Part shown: in pieces, positions 28,510-37,808 of the stretch
How positions within the stretch are numbered: the first letter of the stretch is position 1
How the letters are laid out: the number at the start of each line of letters is the position of its first letter
From: a bacterium
Lineage (GTDB): Bacteria; Patescibacteriota; Minisyncoccia; Moranbacterales; UBA1568
Reading direction: 5' to 3'
DNA: 64,000 nucleotides
Assembly: GCA_021821305.1 (NCBI GenBank)
Contig: JAKACP010000001.1
Span: forward strand, 748,421-812,420
Made by a program: the position numbers and the translations under genes
Notes under the pieces: generated by a model
Databases searched by the model: none
What the model was told of the DNA's origin: nothing
Seen by the model: only the letters and a program-made list of their open reading frames with translations

Positions 28510-29646
28510 ATGCTGGAAAATGAACCCGTCGAAACTCCTTTCACTATGGATGGAAATATCTACTGGCACTCGTTCCTCAGGACACCCGGTCTCGGACAGC
28601 AGGGCCTCCGTCTCCTCGCGGAACATTTCGGGGACGGTGAAGCGGCATGGAACGCCGACGCGGAGGCGTACCGCGAAGCCGGTGTCAGCGAGACACTCGT
28701 CCGAAAAATGATGGAAACGAAACGCTCCGTTTCTCCGGAAACGGAATACGGACTCCTCTCCGAGGCGGACATCGATATCATCGCCGACACCGATCCGGAA
28801 TTCCCCGCGCTCCTTCGGGAAATCCCACGGCCGCCGTTCCTCCTCTATACGAGAGGAACGATCAAGGATTGGAACACGCGCAGATGCGTCTCGATCGTCG
28901 GATCGCGCAAATACACGAATTACGGCCGACAGGCCGCGGAGCACATCGCCGAGGGACTCGCGCACGCCGGATTCACCGTGGTGTCCGGACTCGCGTTCGG
29001 CATCGACCGGATCGCCCATGAGGCGGCCTTGCGTGCCGGCGGCGAGACCGTAGCCGTGCTCGCCGACAGCCTCGACGACCGGTCGATCGCGCCGCAATCA
29101 CACCTCGCGCTCGCCCGAGAAGTCACGCGACAGGGGTCGCTCCTCTCCGAATACCCGCCCGTGACCGCCGCCAGCCCCTGGTTCTTTCCGGCGCGCAACC
29201 GCTTCATCGCGGGAATCTCCCTCGGAACCGTCGTCATCGAGGCAGCCGAGAAGAGCGGGTCGCTCATCACGGCCTCGCTCGCGCTCGATTTCGACCGCGA
29301 CGTGTTCGCGGTCCCGGGATCGATCTTCTCGCCCGCCTCATCCGGCACGAACGAGCTCATCCGAAACGGCGCCACCATCGTCAGGAACATCTCCGACATC
29401 ATCGGGGAATTCTCGCCCGTTCCGGGCCCGCTCCGCCTCTTCGAGGAGGCTGTCCCCGCCCTCCCGGGAAACCTGTCCCGCGACGAGGAAACCGTCTTCC
29501 GGCTCCTTTCCCACGAAGCCCTCGCAGTTGACGAAATCATCAAATCGTCGCATCTTGGAGCAAGCGCCGCGAGTTCGGCGATCACGATGCTCGAGCTGAA
29601 AGGCCTCGCGAAGAACATCGGAAGGAACCATTATATAAGGACATAA
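28510..29646 (+). CDS. dprA: DNA processing protein DprA (Smf)
   Basis: Rossmann-like DprA core (IVGSRKYTNYG...GLAFGIDRIAHEAAL...AVLADSLD). ATG at 28510 (the ORF track used TTG at 28504). Confidence 0.85.
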   Translation: MLENEPVETPFTMDGNIYWHSFLRTPGLGQQGLRLLAEHFGDGEAAWNADAEAYREAGVSETLVRKMMETKRSVSPETEYGLLSEADIDIIADTDPEFPALLREIPRPPFLLYTRGTIKDWNTRRCVSIVGSRKYTNYGRQAAEHIAEGLAHAGFTVVSGLAFGIDRIAHEAALRAGGETVAVLADSLDDRSIAPQSHLALAREVTRQGSLLSEYPPVTAASPWFFPARNRFIAGISLGTVVIEAAEKSGSLITASLALDFDRDVFAVPGSIFSPASSGTNELIRNGATIVRNISDIIGEFSPVPGPLRLFEEAVPALPGNLSRDEETVFRLLSHEALAVDEIIKSSHLGASAASSAITMLELKGLAKNIGRNHYIRT

Positions 29647-29738
29647 ACATAAAAACAGGTGACGATAAACAAAAGAACGTGCCGGATCCGACCCTGTCCG
29701 CTCTTGTGTCGATCGTTGTCCGCTAACCGCTGACTGCC

Positions 29739-31925
29739 ATGAAACTCCTCGTCGTCGAGTCGCCATCGAAGGCCAAGACCATCAACAAATATCTCGGGAA
29801 GGACTACACGGTCGTCGCGTCCGTCGGCCATGTCCGCGATCTCCCGAAATCGAACAGGAACGCCATCGACATCGAGGGCGGTTTCGTGCCGCGCTACGAG
29901 GTGAGCCCCGGCAAGGAAAAGGTCATCCGCGAGATATCCGCGCTCGCCAAGAAGGCGGACGAGATCTACCTCGCGACCGACCCCGACCGCGAAGGCGAAG
30001 CGATCGCCTGGCATGTCGCCGACGCCTGCAGGATCAAGGATCCGCGGCGCGTCCTCTTCTACGAGATCACGAAGAGCGGCGTCGAGACGGCGCTCCGCGA
30101 ACCTCGTCCGCTCGACGAGAACCTCCGTCGCGCCCAGGAAGCCCGGCGCATCCTCGACCGTCTCGTCGGCTACGACCTCTCCGGGCTCATCTGGAAGAAG
30201 GTCCGCTACGGACTCTCCGCCGGCCGCGTCCAGTCCCCCGCGCTCCACATCATCGCGGAGCGAGAGCGCGAGATCACGGCGTTCATCCCGGAAATCTATT
30301 CCGTATTCTCCGCCGAATGTTCGACGAAGGGATCGGGAACGCTCACGCTTCTCCACACGACGAAACCGCGCCCGCAATCGGAACGCGAGGCGGTCCTCAA
30401 GGAAACCGAGGCGATCCTCTCGATCGCGCGGGAGCAGGATTGGGAAGTCGTCGACGTGAAGGAGACCGAGGCCCTGCGGCACCCGTCGCCCCCGTTCACG
30501 ACCTCGACCCTGCAGCAGTCGGCGAGCTCACGGCTCGGCATGTCGCCGTCGCGGACCATGCGCGTCGCCCAGAAACTCTACGAGGCGGGACACATCACCT
30601 ATATGCGGACCGACTCGGTCACGCTCTCGTCCGACGCGATCGCGGACATCGCCGCCGAGGTGAAAAAGTCCTTCGGGGAGAACTACCTCGAGACACGGCA
30701 GTTCAAGACGAAGTCGAAAAACGCCCAGGAGGCGCACGAAGCCGTACGGCCGACGGACTTCGGCACGATACCGAAACTCGCAGGCGAGGAACAGAAACTC
30801 TATTCCCTCATCCGCACCCGCGCGATCGCCTCGCAGATGAAGTCGGCACAGCTCCTGCGGACGAAAGTCACCGCGAACACCGTCGACCGGACACTCCCCG
30901 ATTTCACTGCGACCGGATCGCGTCTCACGTTCGACGGATGGCTCGCGCTCGACAAGGCGGCCCGCAGCGACGACATCGAGCTCCCCGAGGCCAAGACGGG
31001 CGAAGCGCTCACGCTCAAGGATATCACCGTCGAGGAGAAACGGACGGAACCGCCGAAACGCTACTCCGAGGCCGGACTCGTCAAGGAGCTGGAGAAGCGC
31101 GGGATCGGACGCCCGTCCACCTACGCCTCGATCATCAAGACCATCATCGACCGCGGCTACGTCGAGAAGGAAGGCCGATCGCTCAAGGCGACCGAGACCG
31201 GCGATGTCGTCGATTCGTTCCTCTCCGAGCATTTTCCCGACGTGGTCTCCGACACGCTGACCGCGGACATGGAAAACAAGCTCGACGAGATCGCTCGAGG
31301 CGAACGCGAATACGCGAAGACGCTCGGAGATTTCTATACGCCGTTCGCGAAAGAAGTGAAGGAGAAAGACAAATCGACCGGGAAAGCGACCCACCTCGGT
31401 GAGGCCGACGCCGCTCACGTCTGCCCGAAATGCGGGTCGTCCATGGTCATCAAGCTCGGCCGCTCCGGGAAATTCCTTTCCTGCGCGAAGTACCCGGAGT
31501 GCGACGGAGCCCTCACGATCGAGGGAAACGTGATCGAGGGGCCGAAGGCGACCGGCGAGAAATGTCCCGAGTGCGGTGGAGACCTCGTCGAACGGACCGG
31601 ACGCTACGGCAAGTTCGTCTCCTGCGGAAACTACCCGAAATGCAAATACATCAAGAAGGACGACCCGGCCAATCCGATGAACGGAACGGGCGTGAAATGC
31701 CCGGTCTGCAAGGAAGGCGAGATGGTCGAGAAGAAGGGGCGCTTCGGCATCTTCTACGCCTGCTCCAACTATCCGAAATGCCGGCACGCGATCAAGGCCA
31801 AGCCCACCGGGAAACTCTGCGATCTCTGCGGATCGCTCATGATGGAAGGGACGAAAACGATACCGGACCGATGCAGCAGCAAAACGTGCCCCAACCACAA
31901 TCCTCATAAGCTACAAAAGTCCTAA
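29739..31925 (+). CDS. topA: DNA topoisomerase I (TopA) with four C-terminal Cys4 zinc ribbons
   Basis: Toprim N-terminus (LLVVESPSKAKTI), active-site Tyr region, and four CxxC...CxxC zinc fingers. Conserved dprA-topA adjacency. Confidence 0.95.
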   Translation: MKLLVVESPSKAKTINKYLGKDYTVVASVGHVRDLPKSNRNAIDIEGGFVPRYEVSPGKEKVIREISALAKKADEIYLATDPDREGEAIAWHVADACRIKDPRRVLFYEITKSGVETALREPRPLDENLRRAQEARRILDRLVGYDLSGLIWKKVRYGLSAGRVQSPALHIIAEREREITAFIPEIYSVFSAECSTKGSGTLTLLHTTKPRPQSEREAVLKETEAILSIAREQDWEVVDVKETEALRHPSPPFTTSTLQQSASSRLGMSPSRTMRVAQKLYEAGHITYMRTDSVTLSSDAIADIAAEVKKSFGENYLETRQFKTKSKNAQEAHEAVRPTDFGTIPKLAGEEQKLYSLIRTRAIASQMKSAQLLRTKVTANTVDRTLPDFTATGSRLTFDGWLALDKAARSDDIELPEAKTGEALTLKDITVEEKRTEPPKRYSEAGLVKELEKRGIGRPSTYASIIKTIIDRGYVEKEGRSLKATETGDVVDSFLSEHFPDVVSDTLTADMENKLDEIARGEREYAKTLGDFYTPFAKEVKEKDKSTGKATHLGEADAAHVCPKCGSSMVIKLGRSGKFLSCAKYPECDGALTIEGNVIEGPKATGEKCPECGGDLVERTGRYGKFVSCGNYPKCKYIKKDDPANPMNGTGVKCPVCKEGEMVEKKGRFGIFYACSNYPKCRHAIKAKPTGKLCDLCGSLMMEGTKTIPDRCSSKTCPNHNPHKLQKS

Positions 31926-31932
31926 TCATTCA

Positions 31933-31982
31933 CCCTGTGTAATCCGGCTCTGCCGGTCCGCCTTTGGCGGAATTACACAGGG
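31933..31982 (+). other. 50-nt structured element: 11-bp perfect inverted repeat enclosing two hairpins, immediately after the topA stop
   Basis: ccctgtgtaat...attacacaggg enclosing ccggctctgccgg and tccgcctttggcgga. Confidence 0.45.
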
Positions 31983-32054
31983 CAAGCCCTCACCAAGAAG
32001 ACGGCATGATCATCGGATGCGGCATACGGAGCCGCCGGCGTGCTTGAGAAAAAG

Positions 32055-32092
32055 ACCTTCTCCACAAAAAACGCCCGTCCGATACCGGAAGG
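32055..32092. terminator. bidirectional Rho-independent terminator between convergent topA and the pilin-like gene
   Basis: aacgccc...gggcgtt stem flanked by A6 on one side and T4-5 on the other. Confidence 0.55.
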
Positions 32093-32131
32093 GCGTTTTC
32101 CATCATGGCATTCCGACGGCTATCGTCGCTC

Positions 32132-32914
32132 CTAGCGATACACCGACACGCTCACGAGCCGATGATCGGATGTGCCGTAAAAATCCGAGTTGGTGTAGAT
32201 CTTCACGTAACTCGCATCGACATCGGGAGTGTCCGACCCGGTCTCATTGTCCACCGAGGCGATACACCCGTAGTTGTTCAGGTTTTTCCTCGAACAGGTG
32301 GCAAAGGCCGCGAAGTCCGAATCCGACAGATTCGATTGGAAGTTTATCTTGTATCGTCCGGCTGCGGTACGTTCTACGCTCGAGACATTGTAGCTGGCAC
32401 GGATCGAGCACATGCCACCAGGGCAGGATGTCCCGTCGAAGTTCACCCACGCCTTCGCTTGGCCGTCCGTCGCCTGCGCCACCGCCACTTCCACCGCCCG
32501 CGCAGTGGATCCGGCGATACCCTCGGATTTGATCTTGACCACGCGATCTCGCCAGTTCGTGGCTGTACAGTCCGTGAAGACCGTCGTCTCATCCTCGTAG
32601 AAAGCGACCTTCGCGGTCCCGCCCGCGGCATTGAAGGTGATCGTGCCGGCACTGCAGGAAGTGCCGAGGTTTCCGGCGAGCGCATCGAGGCTTCCTGGGC
32701 TGACCTTGTAGATCTGGTAGAGCACCTCCTCCACCCCGGAATCCGCCACCTGGAAGGAGCGGGCGGAACTGCCGGTGGAGAGCGAGGCTTTGCGGTCGAG
32801 GAGGGCCGTGGAGAGGATCGTGAGCGAGGTCACGAGGAGGATCGAGAGGATGAGAAGGGAAAAGACGAGTACGGAGCCTTTGGGGAGAACCTTGGAGAAA
32901 CGGGCGGTTTTCAT
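32132..32914 (-). CDS. secreted/membrane-anchored protein with pilin-like hydrophobic N-terminus (possible type IV pilin or pseudopilin)
   Basis: MKTARFSKVLPKGSVLVFSLLILSILLVTSL N-terminus: short basic leader, Gly, then ~22 hydrophobic residues. Extended -10 (TGGTATATT) ~30 nt upstream. Confidence 0.45.
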   Translation of the reverse strand: MKTARFSKVLPKGSVLVFSLLILSILLVTSLTILSTALLDRKASLSTGSSARSFQVADSGVEEVLYQIYKVSPGSLDALAGNLGTSCSAGTITFNAAGGTAKVAFYEDETTVFTDCTATNWRDRVVKIKSEGIAGSTARAVEVAVAQATDGQAKAWVNFDGTSCPGGMCSIRASYNVSSVERTAAGRYKINFQSNLSDSDFAAFATCSRKNLNNYGCIASVDNETGSDTPDVDASYVKIYTNSDFYGTSDHRLVSVSVYR

Positions 32915-33052
32915 AATCGTATTTACTCAATTATTTGTCCTCAATATACCACAAAAATCGGAATTTCGATATCAGGCTCCCAAGTAAAAGACCAGACATC
33001 TCGTCGCCTGGTCCTTATCCGCTCATCCGACATGCATAACCCGCTCCGTCCC

Positions 33053-34465
33053 TTATACCGTCCGCACCATGAGGAGATTGGTCCCGCCTCGCTGTCCGAA
33101 CGGCACGCCGGCGGATACCACGAAGCGATCCCCCTTCTTGGCGAGTTTTTCCTTGACGAGGATATTTTTCGTGCGCTCCATGACTTGGCTCGTATATTTG
33201 AACGGGGCCACGTGGTAGCCGTAGCATCCGTAAGAGAGGCAGACACGGCGTATGGCGTAATCCCAGGGAGTGAAGACGATGATCGGCTGACTCGGACGAT
33301 ACCGGGATACGGATCGCGGAGTGAAACCGGACTCAGTGAGCGCGACGATGACCTTGGCATTCGTCTCACGCGCTACCGCTACGACCGCCTCGCTCACCGA
33401 TTCGGCGATCGAATCGAGGCCGAGCGCGTCATCGCGCGACAACGGACGACGGAACGGTTCGGCTTCGACCGTCTCGGCGACCCGCGCCATCGTGGCGACC
33501 GCCTCGACCGGGAATTCCCCGAGCGTCGTCTCCTCGGAGAGCATGACGGCGTCCGTCCCGTCGAGGATGGCGTTGGCGATATCGTTGACTTCGGCACGCG
33601 TCGGCACCGGCGCGTGTATCATCGATTCGAGCATCTGCGTCGCGACGATGACCGGCTTGCCGAGTTCGCGCGCCATGTGGACGATCCGCTTCTGGAGGAG
33701 CGGTACCTGCTCCATCGGCATCTCGACCGCGAGATCGCCGCGCGCGACCATCACGCCGTCCGCCGCGAGAAGGATCCCGTCGAGATTCTCGATCGCCTGC
33801 TCGGTCTCGATCTTGGCGATGATCAGCGCTTTGGACTTTTTCTTGTTCAGGATCGCACGGAGTTCGTGCACGTCCTCGGCCCGCCGCACGAAGGAAAGCG
33901 CCACGAAATCGACCTCCTGCGAAAGGCCGAACTCGAGATCCTTCCGGTCCTTGGCGGTGAGTGAACTTATCTTCAGCTCGGTCCCCGGCAGGTTGACACC
34001 CCGGCGGCCCTTGGTCTCCCCTCCGACGACGATCCGGCAGTGGATATCGGTCCCGGACACCTTGAGCACCTCGAGTTTCTTCTTGCCGTCGTCGAGCAGG
34101 ATGAATTTTCCGGGCTTGATCTCCTTGGGGAGCGCCGCATAGTTCACGAACGCCCGATGCTCGTCACCAACGCACTTCTTGGTCGTCAGCGTGAAGTCGT
34201 CGCCGTTTTTGAGCATGACACGATCCTGATAGAAATCCCCGATACGGATCTTCGGCCCCGAGAGATCCTGGAGTATCGCGATCGGCGTCTTCAGCCGTTT
34301 CGAGACCTTTCGGACGATACCGAGGGACCGAGTATGCTCCTCATGGCTCCCATGGGAGAAATTGAGCCTGGCCACGTTGAGCCCGGCCGACACCATTTTC
34401 GAGAATACCGCCTCGTCGGCCGATACCGGTCCGATCGTCGCGACGATCTTGGTCTTTTTCAACAT
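33053..34465 (-). CDS. pyk: pyruvate kinase
   Basis: MLKKTKIVATIGP..NFSHG...MVARGDLAVE motifs. Start at 34465. Confidence 0.9.
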   Translation of the reverse strand: MLKKTKIVATIGPVSADEAVFSKMVSAGLNVARLNFSHGSHEEHTRSLGIVRKVSKRLKTPIAILQDLSGPKIRIGDFYQDRVMLKNGDDFTLTTKKCVGDEHRAFVNYAALPKEIKPGKFILLDDGKKKLEVLKVSGTDIHCRIVVGGETKGRRGVNLPGTELKISSLTAKDRKDLEFGLSQEVDFVALSFVRRAEDVHELRAILNKKKSKALIIAKIETEQAIENLDGILLAADGVMVARGDLAVEMPMEQVPLLQKRIVHMARELGKPVIVATQMLESMIHAPVPTRAEVNDIANAILDGTDAVMLSEETTLGEFPVEAVATMARVAETVEAEPFRRPLSRDDALGLDSIAESVSEAVVAVARETNAKVIVALTESGFTPRSVSRYRPSQPIIVFTPWDYAIRRVCLSYGCYGYHVAPFKYTSQVMERTKNILVKEKLAKKGDRFVVSAGVPFGQRGGTNLLMVRTV

Positions 34466-34554
34466 AGATACGATTAAGTGATTATCCTGGATACCGGAGA
34501 CGCGCCATGGAGGAATATACCCCGTTCGAGCGCCGAAAGCAAGACTCGGTCGGC

Positions 34555-35379
34555 TCATCGGAGGATCCGGAACAGCTTGCCGATCGCGAGCGCCGCGACG
34601 AACAACGCCCCGGCGGAGAGCACGATCGTCCCACCGGACGGGAGATCGAACGCGTAGGACAGGAAAAATCCGATGAGGAACGCCGTGATCGAGAATCCGA
34701 TCGAAAGCAGTATCGTCGTGCGGAACCCCCTTCCGAACTGGAGCGCCGAGAGCACCGGTATCACCATGAGCGCTCCGAGGAGAAGCACGCCGACGATCTG
34801 GAGCGAGGCGGCCGCGGTGAGCGCGGTGAGGCCCACGAAGGCGGTATTCACGAGCCCGACCCGGACACCCGACACCTTCGCGAGATCCTCGTCGAGCGAG
34901 AGCAGGAACAGCGGCCGGTAGAATCGGAAGAAAAATAGCAGGGCCGCGATGGCGAGCCCCGCGAGGAACAGGAGTTCGGCCTCCGACACCGTCGCGAGAC
35001 TCCCGAAGAGGTAGCTCATGAGATTGACGTTGGAGACGCCGGAAAGCGACACGATCACGACCGCGGCCGCGAGACTCACCGAGAGGAACAGCACGAGCAC
35101 CGCTTCCGTCATGACGCGCCCCGACAAGCGGAGGCGATCCACCCCGAGCGCCGCGAGAAGCGAGACGGCCACCGCACCGACCGCAGGCGATATCCCGAAG
35201 AAGATCGATCCGGCGACCCCGAGAAGCGAGACATGCGCGAGCGTGTCCGCGAGGAACGAGAGCCTGCGGACGACGAGGAACATGCCGACCGCCGGCGCGA
35301 GCACCGAGATCACGAGGCCCGCGGAAAACGCCCGGGCGAGAAAATCATATTGGAAGAGGTCCTGTATGAGCATATACAT
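34555..35379 (-). CDS. znuB: metal (Zn/Mn) ABC transporter permease, ABC-3 family
   Basis: ABC-3 permease fold with 8-9 TM. Contiguous with znuC and znuA. Confidence 0.8.
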   Translation of the reverse strand: MYMLIQDLFQYDFLARAFSAGLVISVLAPAVGMFLVVRRLSFLADTLAHVSLLGVAGSIFFGISPAVGAVAVSLLAALGVDRLRLSGRVMTEAVLVLFLSVSLAAAVVIVSLSGVSNVNLMSYLFGSLATVSEAELLFLAGLAIAALLFFFRFYRPLFLLSLDEDLAKVSGVRVGLVNTAFVGLTALTAAASLQIVGVLLLGALMVIPVLSALQFGRGFRTTILLSIGFSITAFLIGFFLSYAFDLPSGGTIVLSAGALFVAALAIGKLFRILR

Positions 35380-35382
35380 ATG

Positions 35383-36096
35383 TCAGTGTGACAGGTGAGC
35401 CGCCGCGACGTCCGCGTCAGTTTTCTTCGAATGGAACGCCCCCTTCTCGAGCGAGAAGACGGATCCGGCTTCCTCGAAGACGGTGTCGAGGTCGTGCGAG
35501 ACGAGGACGATAGTCATACCGGAACGGTTGAGCGACGAGAGGAACGCGAAGAATCTCTCCTGTGACGCCGCATCGACGCTCGCCGTCGGTTCGTCGAGCA
35601 CGAGGAGCCGCGGTCTCGACACGAGGGCGCGCGCGATGAACACCCGCTGACGCTCGCCACCGGACAATTCCCCGATCCTCCGATGGGCGAGATGTCCGAT
35701 CTCCGCGATCCGGAGTGCCTCATCCACCGGCTGACAGTATTCCATGCCGAACTGACAGAGCGATGCGCCTTTTTTTGCCATATGCCCGCTCTCCACGATC
35801 TCCCTCACCGTCGCGGGGAATTCCCGCTCACGCTGAAGGACGTACTGAGGGACATAGCCGATCGACGCCCAATCGGAAAACTCCCGGATCGGCGTCCCGA
35901 ACAGGCTGATCTCCCCTTCGGAAGGACGGAGCAATCCGAGCAGGAGTCGGAGCGCGGTCGTCTTCCCCGCTCCGTTCCCGCCGACGATCCCGACATAGTC
36001 GCCATCCTTGATCGAGAACGAAAGATCCTTGAACAGCGGCTCCGCGCCCTCATAGGCGAACACGACTCCCTTGAATTGTATGGCGAGAGAATTCAT
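35383..36096 (-). CDS. znuC: metal ABC transporter ATP-binding protein
   Basis: GGNGAGKTT Walker A, LSGGERQR signature, LLVLDEPT Walker B. Start at MNSLAIQFKGVVFAYEG. Confidence 0.85.
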   Translation of the reverse strand: MNSLAIQFKGVVFAYEGAEPLFKDLSFSIKDGDYVGIVGGNGAGKTTALRLLLGLLRPSEGEISLFGTPIREFSDWASIGYVPQYVLQREREFPATVREIVESGHMAKKGASLCQFGMEYCQPVDEALRIAEIGHLAHRRIGELSGGERQRVFIARALVSRPRLLVLDEPTASVDAASQERFFAFLSSLNRSGMTIVLVSHDLDTVFEEAGSVFSLEKGAFHSKKTDADVAAAHLSH

Positions 36097-36116
36097 AGGT
36101 AATAGGAGGATAGGTT

Positions 36117-37091
36117 CTATAAGCTCGCTTTGCACTCGAGCGCCTTGGAAAGATTCGCAAGATTCTCGCGCATCACGGAGAAATAATCCTCTCCTCGGGC
36201 GACAGCTTCGGGAGACAGCCCCTCGAGCGGATCGAAGACGAGCGTCTCAGCTCCGATCTCGCGTGCAAGCGTCTCCGACACCTTCGGCGAGACGAGCGTC
36301 TCGAAGAAAATATACCGTATATTCTCCTTTTTCGCGAGGTCGACAAGATCCGCCATCCGGCCGGCCGACGGTTCCATCTCGGGAGAAAGACCGGAGATCG
36401 AATGCGCGGTGAACCCGTAGCGTTCCGAAAGGTAGGCGAACGCGTTGTGCGAGGCGATCACCTCATGCCGGACGCAGGACGAAAGCGTCGTCCGATACTC
36501 CGCATCAAGCGCCGCAAGTCCGGACATCGCTTCCGCCGCCGACGACTCGTACGCTTCCGTGTGGGCCGGATATTTCCCGGAAAGCGCGTCTCGGATCGAA
36601 CCGACGATGCCCGCGGCGAACACCGGATCGAGCCAGAAGTGCGGGTCGTATGTCCCGCGTGCCTCTTCCGTTTCCTCTTCGTGTTCCTCCTTCACGAGAA
36701 GTGAGACCGACCGGGACGCGTCGATGACGATCACGCCCTTCCCCCGGAGCGACCGGGCGAGATTCTCCGCCCACGGATCCATGCCGGCCCCGTTCATGAC
36801 GAAGATATCCGCCTGTTCGATCGAGATGAGGTCCCGGGGCGTCGGTTCATACTCGTGCGGCTCGATGCCCGAGGGGACGATCGACGATACCTCCACGGCC
36901 TCACCGCCGGCCATGCGGGAAAATTCCGCGAGCGGATAGAATGTCGCGATGATCCGCGGCTTCCCCTCGCCCGCTATCCCGTTTTCCGTCACGATCGGCG
37001 CGTCGCTCCGAAAGGAGAAGACGCTCAGGGCGACGAGCGCGATCACGCCCAGGGCGATGAGGATGATTTTTTTCATGTCGGTCATATTCAT
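36117..37091 (-). CDS. znuA: metal-binding periplasmic/lipoprotein solute-binding protein (ZnuA/TroA family, His/Glu-rich loop)
   Basis: Signal peptide. TroA-like fold motifs (ATFYPLAEF, EPHEYEPTPRD, DPHFWLDP). Acidic EEHEEETEE loop. Confidence 0.85.
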   Translation of the reverse strand: MNMTDMKKIILIALGVIALVALSVFSFRSDAPIVTENGIAGEGKPRIIATFYPLAEFSRMAGGEAVEVSSIVPSGIEPHEYEPTPRDLISIEQADIFVMNGAGMDPWAENLARSLRGKGVIVIDASRSVSLLVKEEHEEETEEARGTYDPHFWLDPVFAAGIVGSIRDALSGKYPAHTEAYESSAAEAMSGLAALDAEYRTTLSSCVRHEVIASHNAFAYLSERYGFTAHSISGLSPEMEPSAGRMADLVDLAKKENIRYIFFETLVSPKVSETLAREIGAETLVFDPLEGLSPEAVARGEDYFSVMRENLANLSKALECKASL

Positions 37092-37101
37092 ATGATTCTC
37101 G

Positions 37102-37524
37102 TCACTGACAGCTTCCGCACAATCCGAAAAATTCGAGCGAATGGTCGAGAACGCGGAATCCTTCTTTTTTCTCGATCCTCCGTTCCTCGCATTCCCACGA
37201 CTCCTCCTTCACCGCGACATCCCGGACCGTGCCGCAATCGACGCAGACGAGATGGTGGTGGTGCGGCCCGGCGAGCTCATAGAGCGCCACATCGTTGCGG
37301 AGCGTGAGTTCGGACACGTACCCGGCGGTCTTCAGGAACTCGATTTCGCGATACACCGTCGTCTTGTTGAAACTCCGCGGACCGGACGCGAGGCGCCGCT
37401 CGATATCCGGCACCGAAAGAGGGGACTGCGCCGTTTCGAGCGTCCGAAGAAGCGCCTCCCGGGCCGCCGATCGGCGGAAACCATTCGTTTTCAATTCATC
37501 GAGTATCCGTTTCGTCGTTTCCAT
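37102..37524 (-). CDS. zur: Fur-family metalloregulator, probably Zur
   Basis: Fur-family DNA-binding domain, HHHH and CxxC...CxxC motifs. First gene of the zur-znuACB operon. Start at METTKRIL (37524). Confidence 0.85.
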   Translation of the reverse strand: METTKRILDELKTNGFRRSAAREALLRTLETAQSPLSVPDIERRLASGPRSFNKTTVYREIEFLKTAGYVSELTLRNDVALYELAGPHHHHLVCVDCGTVRDVAVKEESWECEERRIEKKEGFRVLDHSLEFFGLCGSCQ

Positions 37525-37530
37525 ATCCGC

Positions 37531-37560
37531 ACTATAACGCAACTCGGTTGCGTTTGTAAA
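37531..37560 (-). promoter_or_regulatory. zur operon promoter (TTTACA-18-TATAGT) with embedded 8-3-8 palindrome AACGCAAC-CGA-GTTGCGTT (candidate Zur box)
   Basis: Perfect inverted repeat at 37536-37554 lies in the spacer between the -35 and -10. The -10 ends 6 nt before the ATG (leaderless-type). Confidence 0.6.
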
Positions 37561-37808
37561 GGGGAGCGGCTTGCCGAAAGAAGGGTTCGATACCTATACT
37601 GTAGTATATACGTACGTCGACCCGAGCACCTGCCGAACCGGATAAGCGCTCTTCTCGGAGAAAATCCCTCGATACGCGGCCCCTGCCCGGTGTGGGCTCC
37701 CCCGTATATGCCGCCCGCACTCCCCTCACGAGCCCCTTATTTTCAGACGACAAGCAAAAAGTCTTTCTCTTATTTCAGGCATTGAGATATGAGACAGGCT
37801 CCAACACT

